Below are positions 33,896 through 42,931 of a stretch of DNA of 55,415 bases, one piece after another. The DNA lies in contig DATKUC010000013.1 in NCBI GenBank assembly GCA_035530835.1, forward strand, positions 1 to 55,415. The letters are read 5' to 3'. Under the pieces are notes generated by a model. The model had not been told where the DNA came from and did no database searches. It saw nothing but the letters and a program-made list of their open reading frames with translations. This DNA is from Spirochaetia bacterium. GTDB taxonomy: Bacteria > Spirochaetota > Spirochaetia > DSM-27196 > DATKUC01. Position numbers and translations under genes: made by a program. Position 1 is the stretch's first letter, and each line of letters opens with the position of its first letter.

Positions 33896-35329
33896 TTAAT
33901 GCTTACGCATAATCGAAAGCGGTCGGATGTTTCCCGCCCGAAGTGCCGGAAGGTAGGAAGCTGCAGTCGAAAGCATGATTGAAAGAAATGCGGCAAGGAA
34001 GACTTCCGACGCGCGAATCCGTATGGGAATTGTCTGAAGATAGAACTCCGGGTTGAAGATGTCAACTCGAACCGTCGGAACACGCAAAAATGGTGAGATG
34101 AGGAGGTGAAAGAGCTCGAGGAAGATGTTCAGAACCCATTGCAACGCAGAGATCGCCTCATTCACGTTCACGGCGACGAACAGTCCGATGCCGATGCCGA
34201 TGATCGTGCCGAGGGTCCCCGCGCTGAACCCTGCAAGGATGAAGATGCGCCGTATACCGGCAGGACTCGCGCCAATGCTCTTCAGAATTGCGATTTCGCC
34301 CTGCTTCTCAAGGACAAGCATGATAACCGATGATGAAATGTTGATCGCGGCTACCGCTACGATAAGGATCATGATGAGGACGAGCAGATTCTTCGTCGTT
34401 GCGAAGGACATGTACTGCGCCCTCTGCAGGTCATACCAGGAGTAGAGCCTCCACTGATCGCCGAGCAACTGCTGCAGCGAACCGATCATGTGCAGCACGT
34501 TGAGAGACTCAGCCCTGCTCTGCGGCTTGAAAAGCGGATTCGGGATGGCAAACGGATCAGCGACCTTTATGCCGATGATCTGCCGGGCCGTGTCCGAAGG
34601 CAGGATGCGCGCTCCCCGATCAAACGGGATGAAAACCCACAGTTTGTCGAGCTCCTGATAGCCTGAGGTGAATATGCCGCTCACCGTAAAGGTGGAAACG
34701 CGCGGCAGGAACGCATCCTGACCGAAACTGCGCACCGTGATTACGCGCACCGTGTCTCCCGGTGCCAGGTCGAGCGAGTGAGCGATGCCGGTCCCGATCA
34801 CCATCGAGCTGCCGGTCGAGAGGTCGAACCGTCCTGCAACCATGTGTATGTATTCCCGGAAGGTCGGATCCTTCTCGTACATCGAAGGATCGATTGCGCG
34901 AATAGTGCCGCCGGTCTTCCCGCCGCGTGAAGTTATCAGCCCGAGCCCCTGCCGTTCGGGATAGGCTGCGGTCACCCCGGGCAGCGTGCGGATCACGCGC
35001 ACGAGACGGGAAACCGACTGCACGTCCGGATCGCCGGTCGCAATCGCCTGAAGATGGTAGGTGCCGACCTCGATAAATCGCGCAGTGATGCCCTGAATCA
35101 TGCCGTCGGCTACTTCGAGCACGACGATGAGCGGAACGAGGCTCACCGCGATACCGATCACGGCGCCTCGTATTCGGCTGCGCCGGCGCGGCTGGACCGG
35201 TATCGCGTTCGGGGCGGCCGCATCGTCACCGGCCGAAGGGTTTCTACCTTCCTGCGCGCGGAGCCGCCTCTGTCGGGTCGATCCGAAGAGGTAACGTACT
35301 GCAATGAGGAGCGACGCGCGCCAGGTCAA
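33896..35329 (-). CDS. LolC/LolE-family (FtsX-like) ABC transporter permease
   Basis: MTWRASLLIAVRYLFG N-terminus, a large periplasmic loop and the C-terminal FtsX TM bundle (GEIAILKSIGASP). Confidence 0.8.
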   Translation of the reverse strand: MTWRASLLIAVRYLFGSTRQRRLRAQEGRNPSAGDDAAAPNAIPVQPRRRSRIRGAVIGIAVSLVPLIVVLEVADGMIQGITARFIEVGTYHLQAIATGDPDVQSVSRLVRVIRTLPGVTAAYPERQGLGLITSRGGKTGGTIRAIDPSMYEKDPTFREYIHMVAGRFDLSTGSSMVIGTGIAHSLDLAPGDTVRVITVRSFGQDAFLPRVSTFTVSGIFTSGYQELDKLWVFIPFDRGARILPSDTARQIIGIKVADPFAIPNPLFKPQSRAESLNVLHMIGSLQQLLGDQWRLYSWYDLQRAQYMSFATTKNLLVLIMILIVAVAAINISSSVIMLVLEKQGEIAILKSIGASPAGIRRIFILAGFSAGTLGTIIGIGIGLFVAVNVNEAISALQWVLNIFLELFHLLISPFLRVPTVRVDIFNPEFYLQTIPIRIRASEVFLAAFLSIMLSTAASYLPALRAGNIRPLSIMRKH

Positions 35330-36015
35330 TGCGTGAACTCTCCATCGTCGAAAAGCCGACCCTCGTGCAACTTGAGGTGCCTGTCGCCAAGCGGGGCAAG
35401 CGAGGCGTCGTGCGTAACCAGCACCAGCGTCTTCCCATGGTTCCGGACCAGCGAGAAGAGTATCTCTTTCACGATCCGGGAATTGCCCGCATCGAGATTG
35501 CCGGTCGGCTCATCCGCGAGGATAATCTGCGGATCGTTCACGAGCGCCCGGGCGACTGCTGCCCGCTGTCGTTCGCCGCCGGATAGCTGAGTCGGATAGT
35601 GGTTAGCCCGATCCGACAACCCGACCTCCCCGAGAAGTTCTTCCGCCCGGGAAACTGCCCTGTTTCGCGGAAGTCCGGCCATGAAGGCCGGCAGCATGAC
35701 ATTTTCCACAGTAGTGAAATCCTTCAACAGATAGTGGAACTGGAACACAAGACCGATTACGGAGCTCCGATACTCAGTGAGCTCATCTTCTCGAAGCGTC
35801 TGCACCTGATACCCTGCGGCCAGGATCTCCCCGGAGCTCGGAACATCAAGCCCGGCCATGAGGTTCAGCATCGTGCTCTTGCCCGAGCCGCTCTGGCCGG
35901 TGACGATAGCTATCGTGCCCGCCTCTATCTGCAGCGACACATTCTCGAGCACGACCAGCCGTTCCGCGCCACTCACGAATTCCTTCGTCACCTGCGATAG
36001 TTCGAGTATTGCCAT
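35326..36015 (-). CDS. lolD: LolD-like ABC transporter ATP-binding protein
   Basis: Walker A GQSGSGKST, signature LSGGERQR and Walker B ILADEPT. It has 4-nt and abutting overlaps with the flanking permeases. Confidence 0.85.
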   Translation of the reverse strand: MAILELSQVTKEFVSGAERLVVLENVSLQIEAGTIAIVTGQSGSGKSTMLNLMAGLDVPSSGEILAAGYQVQTLREDELTEYRSSVIGLVFQFHYLLKDFTTVENVMLPAFMAGLPRNRAVSRAEELLGEVGLSDRANHYPTQLSGGERQRAAVARALVNDPQIILADEPTGNLDAGNSRIVKEILFSLVRNHGKTLVLVTHDASLAPLGDRHLKLHEGRLFDDGEFTH

Positions 36016-37386
36016 CTATTCGTACCTCAGCACTGCAGCGGGCTTTATGCGTGCAACTCGAAGTGCGGCGAGCAGACTTGCCACCACGGACGAGAGCATA
36101 GCAAACAGGAAAATGCCGAATACCTCTCCGTACACCACCTGAGTCGGCACCGACGAGAGATAGAAGTACTCGGGTGAGAAGATCGAAAACTCACCGGCCC
36201 GGATACCAACTGCCTGCTGAAGTGCGGGCCCGCCCGCAGCGAGGAGGGCGTTGACGGCGATCTCGATTGCTGAGAAGACGCCGTTGATATTCACCGACAG
36301 AAAGAGCCCGAGAAGCGTTCCAATCAACGCACCGAGGATTCCAATAAAGAAACCGTCAAATATGAAGATGAGCTGTATTGCGAGCGGCGGGGCGCCGACT
36401 GCTTTCAGCACACCGATATCCTCGGTCCGTTCATAGACGGTCCTCCTGAGAGACTGATAGATGTTCACGCCGACAACGATGAATATCAAGCCGACGAGCA
36501 GCATCATCGCGGTCTTCTCGACGCTGAGAGCGCCGAAGATTGCGCGATTGTAGACCCGCCACGACTCGACGCTGACGTTTCGCTCAGCGGTTGACGGAAG
36601 CAACGCGGTGATTCGCGCTGCGGCCTCCTGGTCGGCAAAACGGTTGTCGAGCTTGATGCCGTAGACCAGATCGCCTGAGACGCCGAAGCGGCTTTCCGCC
36701 TCAGTTAGCGAGATGAAACCCCAGCTCATATCGTAATCGTAGAATCCGGTCTTGAAGAGACCTTCGACGACGAAATCGGGTTTCCGTCCCGCGACGGCGC
36801 CGTCGAGCACGCTGAGTATCGAGACAGTATCGCCGACGCGCACCCCGAGGCTTCGGGCAAGCTCCGTGCCGAGCACCACCCCGCCGGGGTGCGTGAGATC
36901 GAACACCCCCGCCACGATGTGCAGGCTCGACTTGAGACTCGGATCCAGGGAAAGTACGTCGGTCGGCACCCCGCGCAGCGTAACCGCCTGAATGCCGGAG
37001 AAGTAGCCCTGAGCCACCGTCTGAACATCGACAAAGGGTACCACGGACTGCACGCCGGGAACGTCCCGCAGCAACCGCTCGATCCGCGGATCGGGAGTGT
37101 GGTCACCGTGAACTGTCACGCGCAGGTGATAGGAGTTGACCCGCAGAATCGAGCGGATGGTGTTGAGCTGAAAACCGTTCATGACGGCAAGCACGACGAT
37201 AAGCGTCATTACGCCGGCGGCAATTCCCGCCACGGAAAGCACCGAGGCCGTATGTCCCTTCTCCCTCCGGCGGGTCCGAAAGTACCGCCGGGAAACAAAA
37301 AGAATCCAGCTGACCCTAAAACGCGAGTTCACGGACAACCTTGCCGTCACGGATAAGTTCCTCCCTGGTCCTTCGTTCGCCTTCAT
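36016..37386 (-). CDS. LolC/LolE-family (FtsX-like) ABC transporter permease
   Basis: FVSRRYFRTRR N-terminus, a periplasmic loop, then EDIGVLKAVGAPP and the TM bundle. ATG 37386 overlaps the upstream gene by 71 nt. GTG 37350 or 37332 are alternatives. Confidence 0.75.
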   Translation of the reverse strand: MKANEGPGRNLSVTARLSVNSRFRVSWILFVSRRYFRTRRREKGHTASVLSVAGIAAGVMTLIVVLAVMNGFQLNTIRSILRVNSYHLRVTVHGDHTPDPRIERLLRDVPGVQSVVPFVDVQTVAQGYFSGIQAVTLRGVPTDVLSLDPSLKSSLHIVAGVFDLTHPGGVVLGTELARSLGVRVGDTVSILSVLDGAVAGRKPDFVVEGLFKTGFYDYDMSWGFISLTEAESRFGVSGDLVYGIKLDNRFADQEAAARITALLPSTAERNVSVESWRVYNRAIFGALSVEKTAMMLLVGLIFIVVGVNIYQSLRRTVYERTEDIGVLKAVGAPPLAIQLIFIFDGFFIGILGALIGTLLGLFLSVNINGVFSAIEIAVNALLAAGGPALQQAVGIRAGEFSIFSPEYFYLSSVPTQVVYGEVFGIFLFAMLSSVVASLLAALRVARIKPAAVLRYE

Positions 37387-38524
37387 AGTACGTGCGAAGC
37401 ACCAGCTTTCCGTTTCGATAGCGTTCAGTATATGAACCGCCGGTCGTGTAGTGGATTACCTCGACGAGCTCTCCGTCGAGGTAATGCGACTCGGTTTCCT
37501 TCTTGCCCGACGCGTCGTAGGTGTAGGTGTATCGATCGACCTTGCGGCCCTCGTGCATCGTGCTTGAAATCAGTCTGCCCTGCTCGTACTGAAACGTCGA
37601 AGTGGATGCGAGCACCCCCTTCTGCAGCAACTTCTCTTCGGTCACCTTCCCCGCTTCATATTGCCGGTCAGTCACCTCTCCACTCGACATGTTCTCAAGG
37701 TGCGAAGAGACGAGCTGATCATGTGAATTGTAGACAAATTGCTCTCGTGAAAGGAGTTTTCCCGCTGACCAGTTCTCCCGAGCCGACGTGCGGCCGCGGG
37801 AGTCGTACCGATTGAGGATTCCTGTACTCTCGCCGCCCTGCCACTCTTCGGTAACCCGCGTGCCGGAGTAGTCATATCGCGAAACGCGTATCCTGCCGTC
37901 GGTATAGGTACGCGTGACTTCCCGCAGCGCGCCCGCAGCGGTATGTCCGGTGACCGACGGCCCCGCCAACTTGCCATCTGCACCTGAGCTACCCGGATAG
38001 TAGGAGTAGCTATCCTTCCACGCCGGAGTCGCCACTTCGGCGCCGTCCGCCGATCGGGTGAACGTATATGTCGTCGCCGAGAGCGGAAGACCGCCCGCAT
38101 ATTCGAAGGTCGTGCGCGTCGCCGGTAAGCCGTCCGCATAATAGGTCTCAGAGATCACATCGCCGGACTTCGAGTACCGCGTTTCGTGAAACAGGTCGGT
38201 ACCTCGATAGACAGTTGTCGCTTCGCGAGTTCCATCGGTTCCGAACTTCGTGACAGTCCGTTGATCCAGAACCCGGTCGCTGTAGAGGGCAAGCGCCTGT
38301 TCACCTGCGGATTTCTGTACTCCGGCAACGTAGCCGTCGGGAAGGGCTGATGCGTCCTCAGGTTGTGGCACCAGTGGTTTGAACAGGAATCCGAGTGAGT
38401 CCGAGTGATACCAGGTGATTCCCGTCTGTGCAACGGCCGTTCCCGGGATGAGGACGGCCGCGAACAGTGCAAGAAGTGACGCGGCATAATTCATTCCGAC
38501 TCCACGCAGGATCCGGTAGCGCAT
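37316..38524 (-). CDS. Secreted repeat protein (MORN-variant/YwqK-like repeats), function unknown
   Basis: Signal peptide ...LLALFAAVLIPGTAVA. There are repeated approximately 23-aa Y/G/T-rich units (for example ETYYADGLPATRTTFEY and ERYRNGKLVLRTYYEGERR). ATG 38524 shares 1 nt with the ftsY stop. Confidence 0.55.
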   Translation of the reverse strand: MRYRILRGVGMNYAASLLALFAAVLIPGTAVAQTGITWYHSDSLGFLFKPLVPQPEDASALPDGYVAGVQKSAGEQALALYSDRVLDQRTVTKFGTDGTREATTVYRGTDLFHETRYSKSGDVISETYYADGLPATRTTFEYAGGLPLSATTYTFTRSADGAEVATPAWKDSYSYYPGSSGADGKLAGPSVTGHTAAGALREVTRTYTDGRIRVSRYDYSGTRVTEEWQGGESTGILNRYDSRGRTSARENWSAGKLLSREQFVYNSHDQLVSSHLENMSSGEVTDRQYEAGKVTEEKLLQKGVLASTSTFQYEQGRLISSTMHEGRKVDRYTYTYDASGKKETESHYLDGELVEVIHYTTGGSYTERYRNGKLVLRTYYEGERRTREELIRDGKVVRELAF

Positions 38525-39402
38525 CAATCAATGTCCAGAAGACCGTCCAGAAATGCATCTGAATCGAACGGCGCTATGTCGGTATACTTCTCTCCGGTAC
38601 CTGTGTACGCAAAGGGTAAGCCGAGTGCCCGGCAAATCGACACGACCATTCCACCTTTCGCCGACGAGTCATACTTGGTGAGTACCACAGCGTCCACACC
38701 CACCGCCTCGTGGAATATCTCCGCCTGCCTCAGTCCGTTCTGACCGGTAGTTGCGTCGATTACGAGAAGTTTCTGGTAGTTCCCGTCGTCGATCCTGCCC
38801 TTCACCACCTTATCGATCTTCTGCAGTTCATTGACCAGATCTGTCCGATTGTGCATGCGTCCGGCAGTATCGGCAAGCAGGAGCCGGTCACCCCGTGCGC
38901 GTGCGCTGCTGATGCCGTCGTAGATTACCGCGGCCGGATCGGCGCCGGCGCCCTGGCTGACGACGCGGACACCGAGCCTGTCGCCATGAAGCTTCAACTG
39001 GTCAACAGCCGCTGCACGAAACGTATCGCCTGCAGCAAGCACAATTCCGGTTGCGCCTTTTGTTCGGCGATAATAGTCGGCAAGCTTTGCCACCGAGGTG
39101 GTTTTCCCCGTACCGTTCACGCCGAGGACGAGGAACACGTTGAGCCGGTTCGGATCGAACACCGGTTCTCCTGATCGGATGTGCTTGCCCAGGATCTCTT
39201 TCATCCCTTCGGCCAGATCATCCTTCGAAGAGATTCTCTGATCGCGCGCGAAGACCCTCAATTGGGCAATTGCCTGCTGCGTCACCTCGGGGCCCATATC
39301 GCCTTCGATGAGAAGGTCTTCGAGTTCCTCGTAGAACTCTTCGCTCTCCACGCCAATGCGAAACAGCTCCTTCAGGCGTGCCCCGAAACTCTTCCTGGTC
39401 AT
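38524..39402 (-). CDS. ftsY: Signal recognition particle receptor FtsY (NG domain only)
   Basis: VLGVNGTGKTTSVAKLA, DTAGR and LTKYDSSAKGG. At 292 aa there is no acidic A domain. Confidence 0.9.
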   Translation of the reverse strand: MTRKSFGARLKELFRIGVESEEFYEELEDLLIEGDMGPEVTQQAIAQLRVFARDQRISSKDDLAEGMKEILGKHIRSGEPVFDPNRLNVFLVLGVNGTGKTTSVAKLADYYRRTKGATGIVLAAGDTFRAAAVDQLKLHGDRLGVRVVSQGAGADPAAVIYDGISSARARGDRLLLADTAGRMHNRTDLVNELQKIDKVVKGRIDDGNYQKLLVIDATTGQNGLRQAEIFHEAVGVDAVVLTKYDSSAKGGMVVSICRALGLPFAYTGTGEKYTDIAPFDSDAFLDGLLDID

Positions 39403-39429
39403 GAAACGCTCCTTGTTGCAATCATGGAA

Positions 39430-40896
39430 CTACCTGACATGATATGCCTCACCGGCCTGTATATATTCGACAAGGCTGATCATCGCGTTGACAAACAGAC
39501 CGGCCGCAAGGAACGCCGTGCCCCAGGCGGACCAGTAGAATACATTTCCGCTCGTAATCACCTGATTCTGTGCCGCAGGAGTGAGACTCGCCCACTCATT
39601 CGCGTTCTGCCTCACCGCCATCTCGTTGGAGAACAGACCGTTGAGGATGATCGGGACAGGCACGGCGAGCAAGAACCAGCCAATGTGCGTGTAGAACGCG
39701 TCGCGTCGAGCCTGGATTATCTTTGGAAAATCGAGAGCAGACGTCACCAGAGTACGCTCGATACCGTCCGGCCCGGCAGGCGACAGCAGGAAATGCGAAT
39801 CAAGATATCCCTTCAGGCTGAGTCTGACCTCTTCAGGTTCATCAGGAAGCGGCACGGTCAACGGTGTGACCCCGCTCCATAATGAGCCGATATAGACGTC
39901 GGCGCCACCTGGAACCGATTGGATAAGTGCGCGGCCGCGGTTCTGCACCGGGAGCACTACCTCCACCTGTTCAGTCTTCGACGGTGCAAGATCGACGCTG
40001 CGAGTAACCTCACGGTACCCGCTTTCGTTCACGGTGATGATGTGAGCCCCCGGAGCAAGATATCGGGCGGTCGCCGACCCGAACCCTACGAGATTGCCGT
40101 CGACGCGGATTGCGGCGCTGTTCGGATTCACGGAGACCGCAACACTGCCCCAGGATCGTCCCAGAAGCTCCCCGGCAAGCTCGTCGGCTGCAAATGGTAT
40201 CCAGTCATACAAACGTTCGGGCGACTGCGGATACTCGCGGTGGTACACGACGCGGTCAAGCGCCCTGTCATAGACGTAGACGTCGACATATGCGACTCCC
40301 GCCTGATAGCTGATCGAGCCAAAGACCAGCGCGTCGAGCTTTTGAGTATCTGCAAGGACTCCCGGGCGTTCGTCAGGTGACGGGTAAAGGCGGCCGGTAC
40401 TGGTATCGACTGAGAGCACAATCGGTTTCGTTTCTGCGACATCAACCGAATCCGGTTTGAGCGACGAGAGATACGCGAGGCGCATGCGTGCATCCGCAAT
40501 CTGCGCGTCCGAGCTTGCGTACTGCTTTTCGAGCGCGGAACCGGTGGCCTGCGAGAATACTATCTGATCCCGCGACTTTACCAGCGTGTCCAGCGCTCCC
40601 CGGGCCTTGGCCAGAGCGGTCTGCAGAATCGCGCCCCGATAGGCGGTTCGCTCGTCGGACGAAAAAGTGTGTGCGGGCAATTCGTGAAGGTCCGAAAGGA
40701 GAAGCTGAGGTACGCTTGCCCCGAGATATTCAAACTCGGCGGGCAGATCCGACGTGCTGAATACGCTGAATCCAACTGTCCACGTCTTGCGGTCGTCTAC
40801 CGGCGGCTGCTGCGGTGCATCCACGGCGAGGAGCCGTTCTGCTGAACCCATCGCCCCCAGGAGCATACTGAGCAACAGTATTCGCCTATACTGCAT
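39430..40896 (-). CDS. Envelope protein with signal peptide, two PEGA-like domains and C-terminal TM helices
   Basis: PEGA-like stretches are AAIRVDGNLVGFGSATARYLAPGAHIITVNESGYREV and GADVYIGSLWSGVTPLTVPL..VRLSLKGYLD. ATG 40896 overlaps the cheY-like gene end by 11 nt. Confidence 0.6.
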   Translation of the reverse strand: MQYRRILLLSMLLGAMGSAERLLAVDAPQQPPVDDRKTWTVGFSVFSTSDLPAEFEYLGASVPQLLLSDLHELPAHTFSSDERTAYRGAILQTALAKARGALDTLVKSRDQIVFSQATGSALEKQYASSDAQIADARMRLAYLSSLKPDSVDVAETKPIVLSVDTSTGRLYPSPDERPGVLADTQKLDALVFGSISYQAGVAYVDVYVYDRALDRVVYHREYPQSPERLYDWIPFAADELAGELLGRSWGSVAVSVNPNSAAIRVDGNLVGFGSATARYLAPGAHIITVNESGYREVTRSVDLAPSKTEQVEVVLPVQNRGRALIQSVPGGADVYIGSLWSGVTPLTVPLPDEPEEVRLSLKGYLDSHFLLSPAGPDGIERTLVTSALDFPKIIQARRDAFYTHIGWFLLAVPVPIILNGLFSNEMAVRQNANEWASLTPAAQNQVITSGNVFYWSAWGTAFLAAGLFVNAMISLVEYIQAGEAYHVR

Positions 40897-41269
40897 CGAG
40901 GCCGAGCACTTTCTTGACCGCCGAGGTGACCCGTTCGGGCTTGAACGGCTTAACGATAAAGTCCCTCGCGCCAAGCTGGATCGAACGAATAATCATCTGC
41001 TCCTCACCGAGCGCACTGCACATGACCACGCGAGCCATGGGATGAGTCCGCATGAGTCGGGAGAGAACTGTGATCCCGTCCATTTCCGGCATCGCAATAT
41101 CGAGCAGGACAAGATCGGGTCGGATATGCTCGTATTTCATGAGAGCTTCGCGTCCATTTACCGCCTCGTCGAGCTTCAAGAAACCTGCGGCGCGCAGAAT
41201 ATCGCGAATCGCAGTCCGCATGAAATCGAGGTCGTCAACGATAAGTAGCCGCACGTCCTTGGCCTGCAT
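40886..41269 (-). CDS. Single-domain CheY-like response regulator
   Basis: LIVDDLDFMR, LVLLDIAMPEMDG and FIVKPF. At 127 aa it has no output domain. Confidence 0.85.
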   Translation of the reverse strand: MQAKDVRLLIVDDLDFMRTAIRDILRAAGFLKLDEAVNGREALMKYEHIRPDLVLLDIAMPEMDGITVLSRLMRTHPMARVVMCSALGEEQMIIRSIQLGARDFIVKPFKPERVTSAVKKVLGLDAV

Positions 41270-41287
41270 GAGTTCCGTCCCGATCCC

Positions 41288-42392
41288 CTACTTTCTGCTC
41301 GCCCATTGCAGGCGCAGATACTCTTCGATAAAGTTGTCGATATCCCCATCCATGACTGCCTGAACATTGCCGACTTCCGCTTTTGTACGGTGATCCTTCA
41401 CCATGCTATACGGATGAAACACGTAGGATCGGATCTGATTTCCCCACGAAATGTCATGCTTTTCAAGTGCGGTCTTTGCCTGCTCCTGCTCACGCTCTTC
41501 ACGATAGTACTCGTAGAGTTTGGAGGCAAGCACTTTCATCGCCAGGGCACGGTTCTTGTGCTGGCTGCGCTCATTCTGACACTGCACAACAATGCCGGTC
41601 GCGTAGTGTGTTATGCGAACCGCGGAATCCGTCTTGTTGATGTGCTGTCCGCCGGCGCCTGAGGCGCGGTAGGTATCGACCCGGATATCCTCCGGTCGAA
41701 TATCCACTTCGATATCATCTTCGATTACCGGTGATGCATAGACTGACGCAAACGATGTATGTCGACGACCGGCCGAATCGAATGGCGATATTCGCACCAG
41801 TCGGTGGATGCCGGTTTCGGCCTTCATATAGCCATAGGAGTAGTCGCCGTCCACTTCGAGAGTAACCGACTTGATGCCGCCTTCGGCCTCCTGGAGGTCG
41901 AGAATTTGCGTCTTCAGGCCGCGACGTTCGGTCCATCGCAGATACATGCGCAACAGCATGCTTACCCAGTCACACGCCTCAGTCCCTCCGGCGCCTGAAT
42001 GGATGGTGAGAAATGCAGAGTTGAGGTCATGCTTCTCACTCAGCAATTCGAGAATCCGCAGCTTGCGGTATCGCTCACCGTGCCGTCCAAGGCCTTCTCG
42101 GATCTCGGTTTCAAGCACGGGATCTTTCTCCGACAATGCCAGAGAAAGCAATTCCTGCAGATCAAGAACATCCTGCCGTAACGCTTGCCAGGGTTCGATC
42201 TTGTCCCGCAGACGCTTAATGCCGGTTAGTATGGATTCGGCGCGCTCGCGATTATTCCAGAACTCAGGATCGGATGTCTGCGCTTCCAGTTCCGTGATTT
42301 CTTGCCGGGTAGTATCCGGGTCAAAGATGCCTCCATGTTTCCATGACTAGCTCACGCAATTCTTCCACGGGCGCTACAAGATCTTCCAGCAT
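41288..42392 (-). CDS. prfB: Peptide chain release factor 2, requiring a programmed +1 ribosomal frameshift (join 42392..42324, 42322..41288)
   Basis: ORF0 reads MLEDLVAPVEELRELVMETWRHL then TGA. The +1 frame continues DPDTTRQEITELEAQTSDPEFWNN... into the 287-aa ORF, which carries SPF and GGQ (SGAGGQHINK). The joined length is 367 aa. Confidence 0.9.
42320..42334 (-). other. RF2 autoregulatory frameshift site GGAGG-CAT-CTT-TGA-C
   Basis: The minus strand reads GGAGGCATCTTTGAC. This is an internal SD 3 nt before the CTT slippery codon, followed by an in-frame TGA and then C, as in E. coli prfB. Confidence 0.85.
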
Positions 42393-42596
42393 GTTGTTCC
42401 TCCGAATTTTTGATACACAGCATACCGGAAAACAGGGATTGTTACCACCAATTGTCTCGTCACCCTCGATACACTACGGATGTATAGTTATATTTACGAA
42501 AGTCCACATTTGTCCGTTCTTGTCTAATTCCATCCGCCATAAAGAATTCATGAGAAATATGGCCGGACAAGGGTTTCGCTGTCCTGCCAAATCTTG

Positions 42597-42605
42597 TGAT
42601 ATTAT
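42597..42605 (+). promoter_or_regulatory. Extended -10 element TGaTATTAT upstream of the small ORF
   Basis: Read directly in the AT-rich prfB-divergent intergenic region. The -35 is weak. Confidence 0.35.
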
Positions 42606-42613
42606 ATGTACAT

Positions 42614-42632
42614 GTTCATGAGACACATGAAC
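42614..42632 (+). other. 7-bp inverted repeat GTTCATG-agaca-CATGAAC in the putative 5' leader of the small ORF
   Basis: Read directly from the sequence. It could be an RNA hairpin or a protein operator. Confidence 0.3.
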
Positions 42633-42658
42633 GAAGTTGATCCTTTGAGGAGGACATC

Positions 42659-42766
42659 ATGGCTAATGTGAGAGAACCGGCAAAGTCGCCGAAGGGCGGC
42701 AGCGCACCCGCAGGGAAACCAGCACCGAAGAAGCCGGATCCCAAACCGGCGCCGAAAAAGAAATAG
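42659..42766 (+). CDS. 35-aa Lys/Pro/Ala-rich basic small protein (MANVREPAKSPKGGSAPAGKPAPKKPDPKPAPKKK)
   Basis: A GAGGAGG SD lies 5 nt before the ATG. A strong intrinsic terminator begins 18 nt after the TAG. This ORF is not in the supplied ORF track because it is too short. Confidence 0.55.
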   Translation: MANVREPAKSPKGGSAPAGKPAPKKPDPKPAPKKK

Positions 42767-42784
42767 TACGATTGCATGATTACC

Positions 42785-42832
42785 GGGCCGTTTGCGGAAC
42801 TATCCAGTTCGCCGCGAACGGCCCTTTTTTTT
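42785..42832 (+). terminator. Rho-independent terminator
   Basis: A 13-bp stem pairs GGGCCGTTTGCGG with CCGCGAACGGCCC (one G-U pair). The loop is 14 nt and is followed by T8. Confidence 0.8.
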
Positions 42833-42931
42833 CCCCGATTGCCATGGAACCGACAAGCGGAAGATGCGGAAAAAAGGGTGTGGACTTCACTTTCAATGGC
42901 CGATTACTATAGACAGAGGTGGGGTACGCAC

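Noticed and set aside
37316-38524. MORN/YwqK-like repeat protein as the antitoxin of a toxin-antitoxin pair
   Set aside because: It has a signal peptide, is 402 aa long, and has no adjacent toxin-like gene. Its neighbours are ftsY and lol genes.
42776-42931. N-terminal extension of the 484-aa track ORF (ATG 42776)
   Set aside because: It reads straight through a 13-bp-stem, T8 intrinsic terminator (42785-42832). GTG 42932 has a good SD and yields a proper signal peptide.
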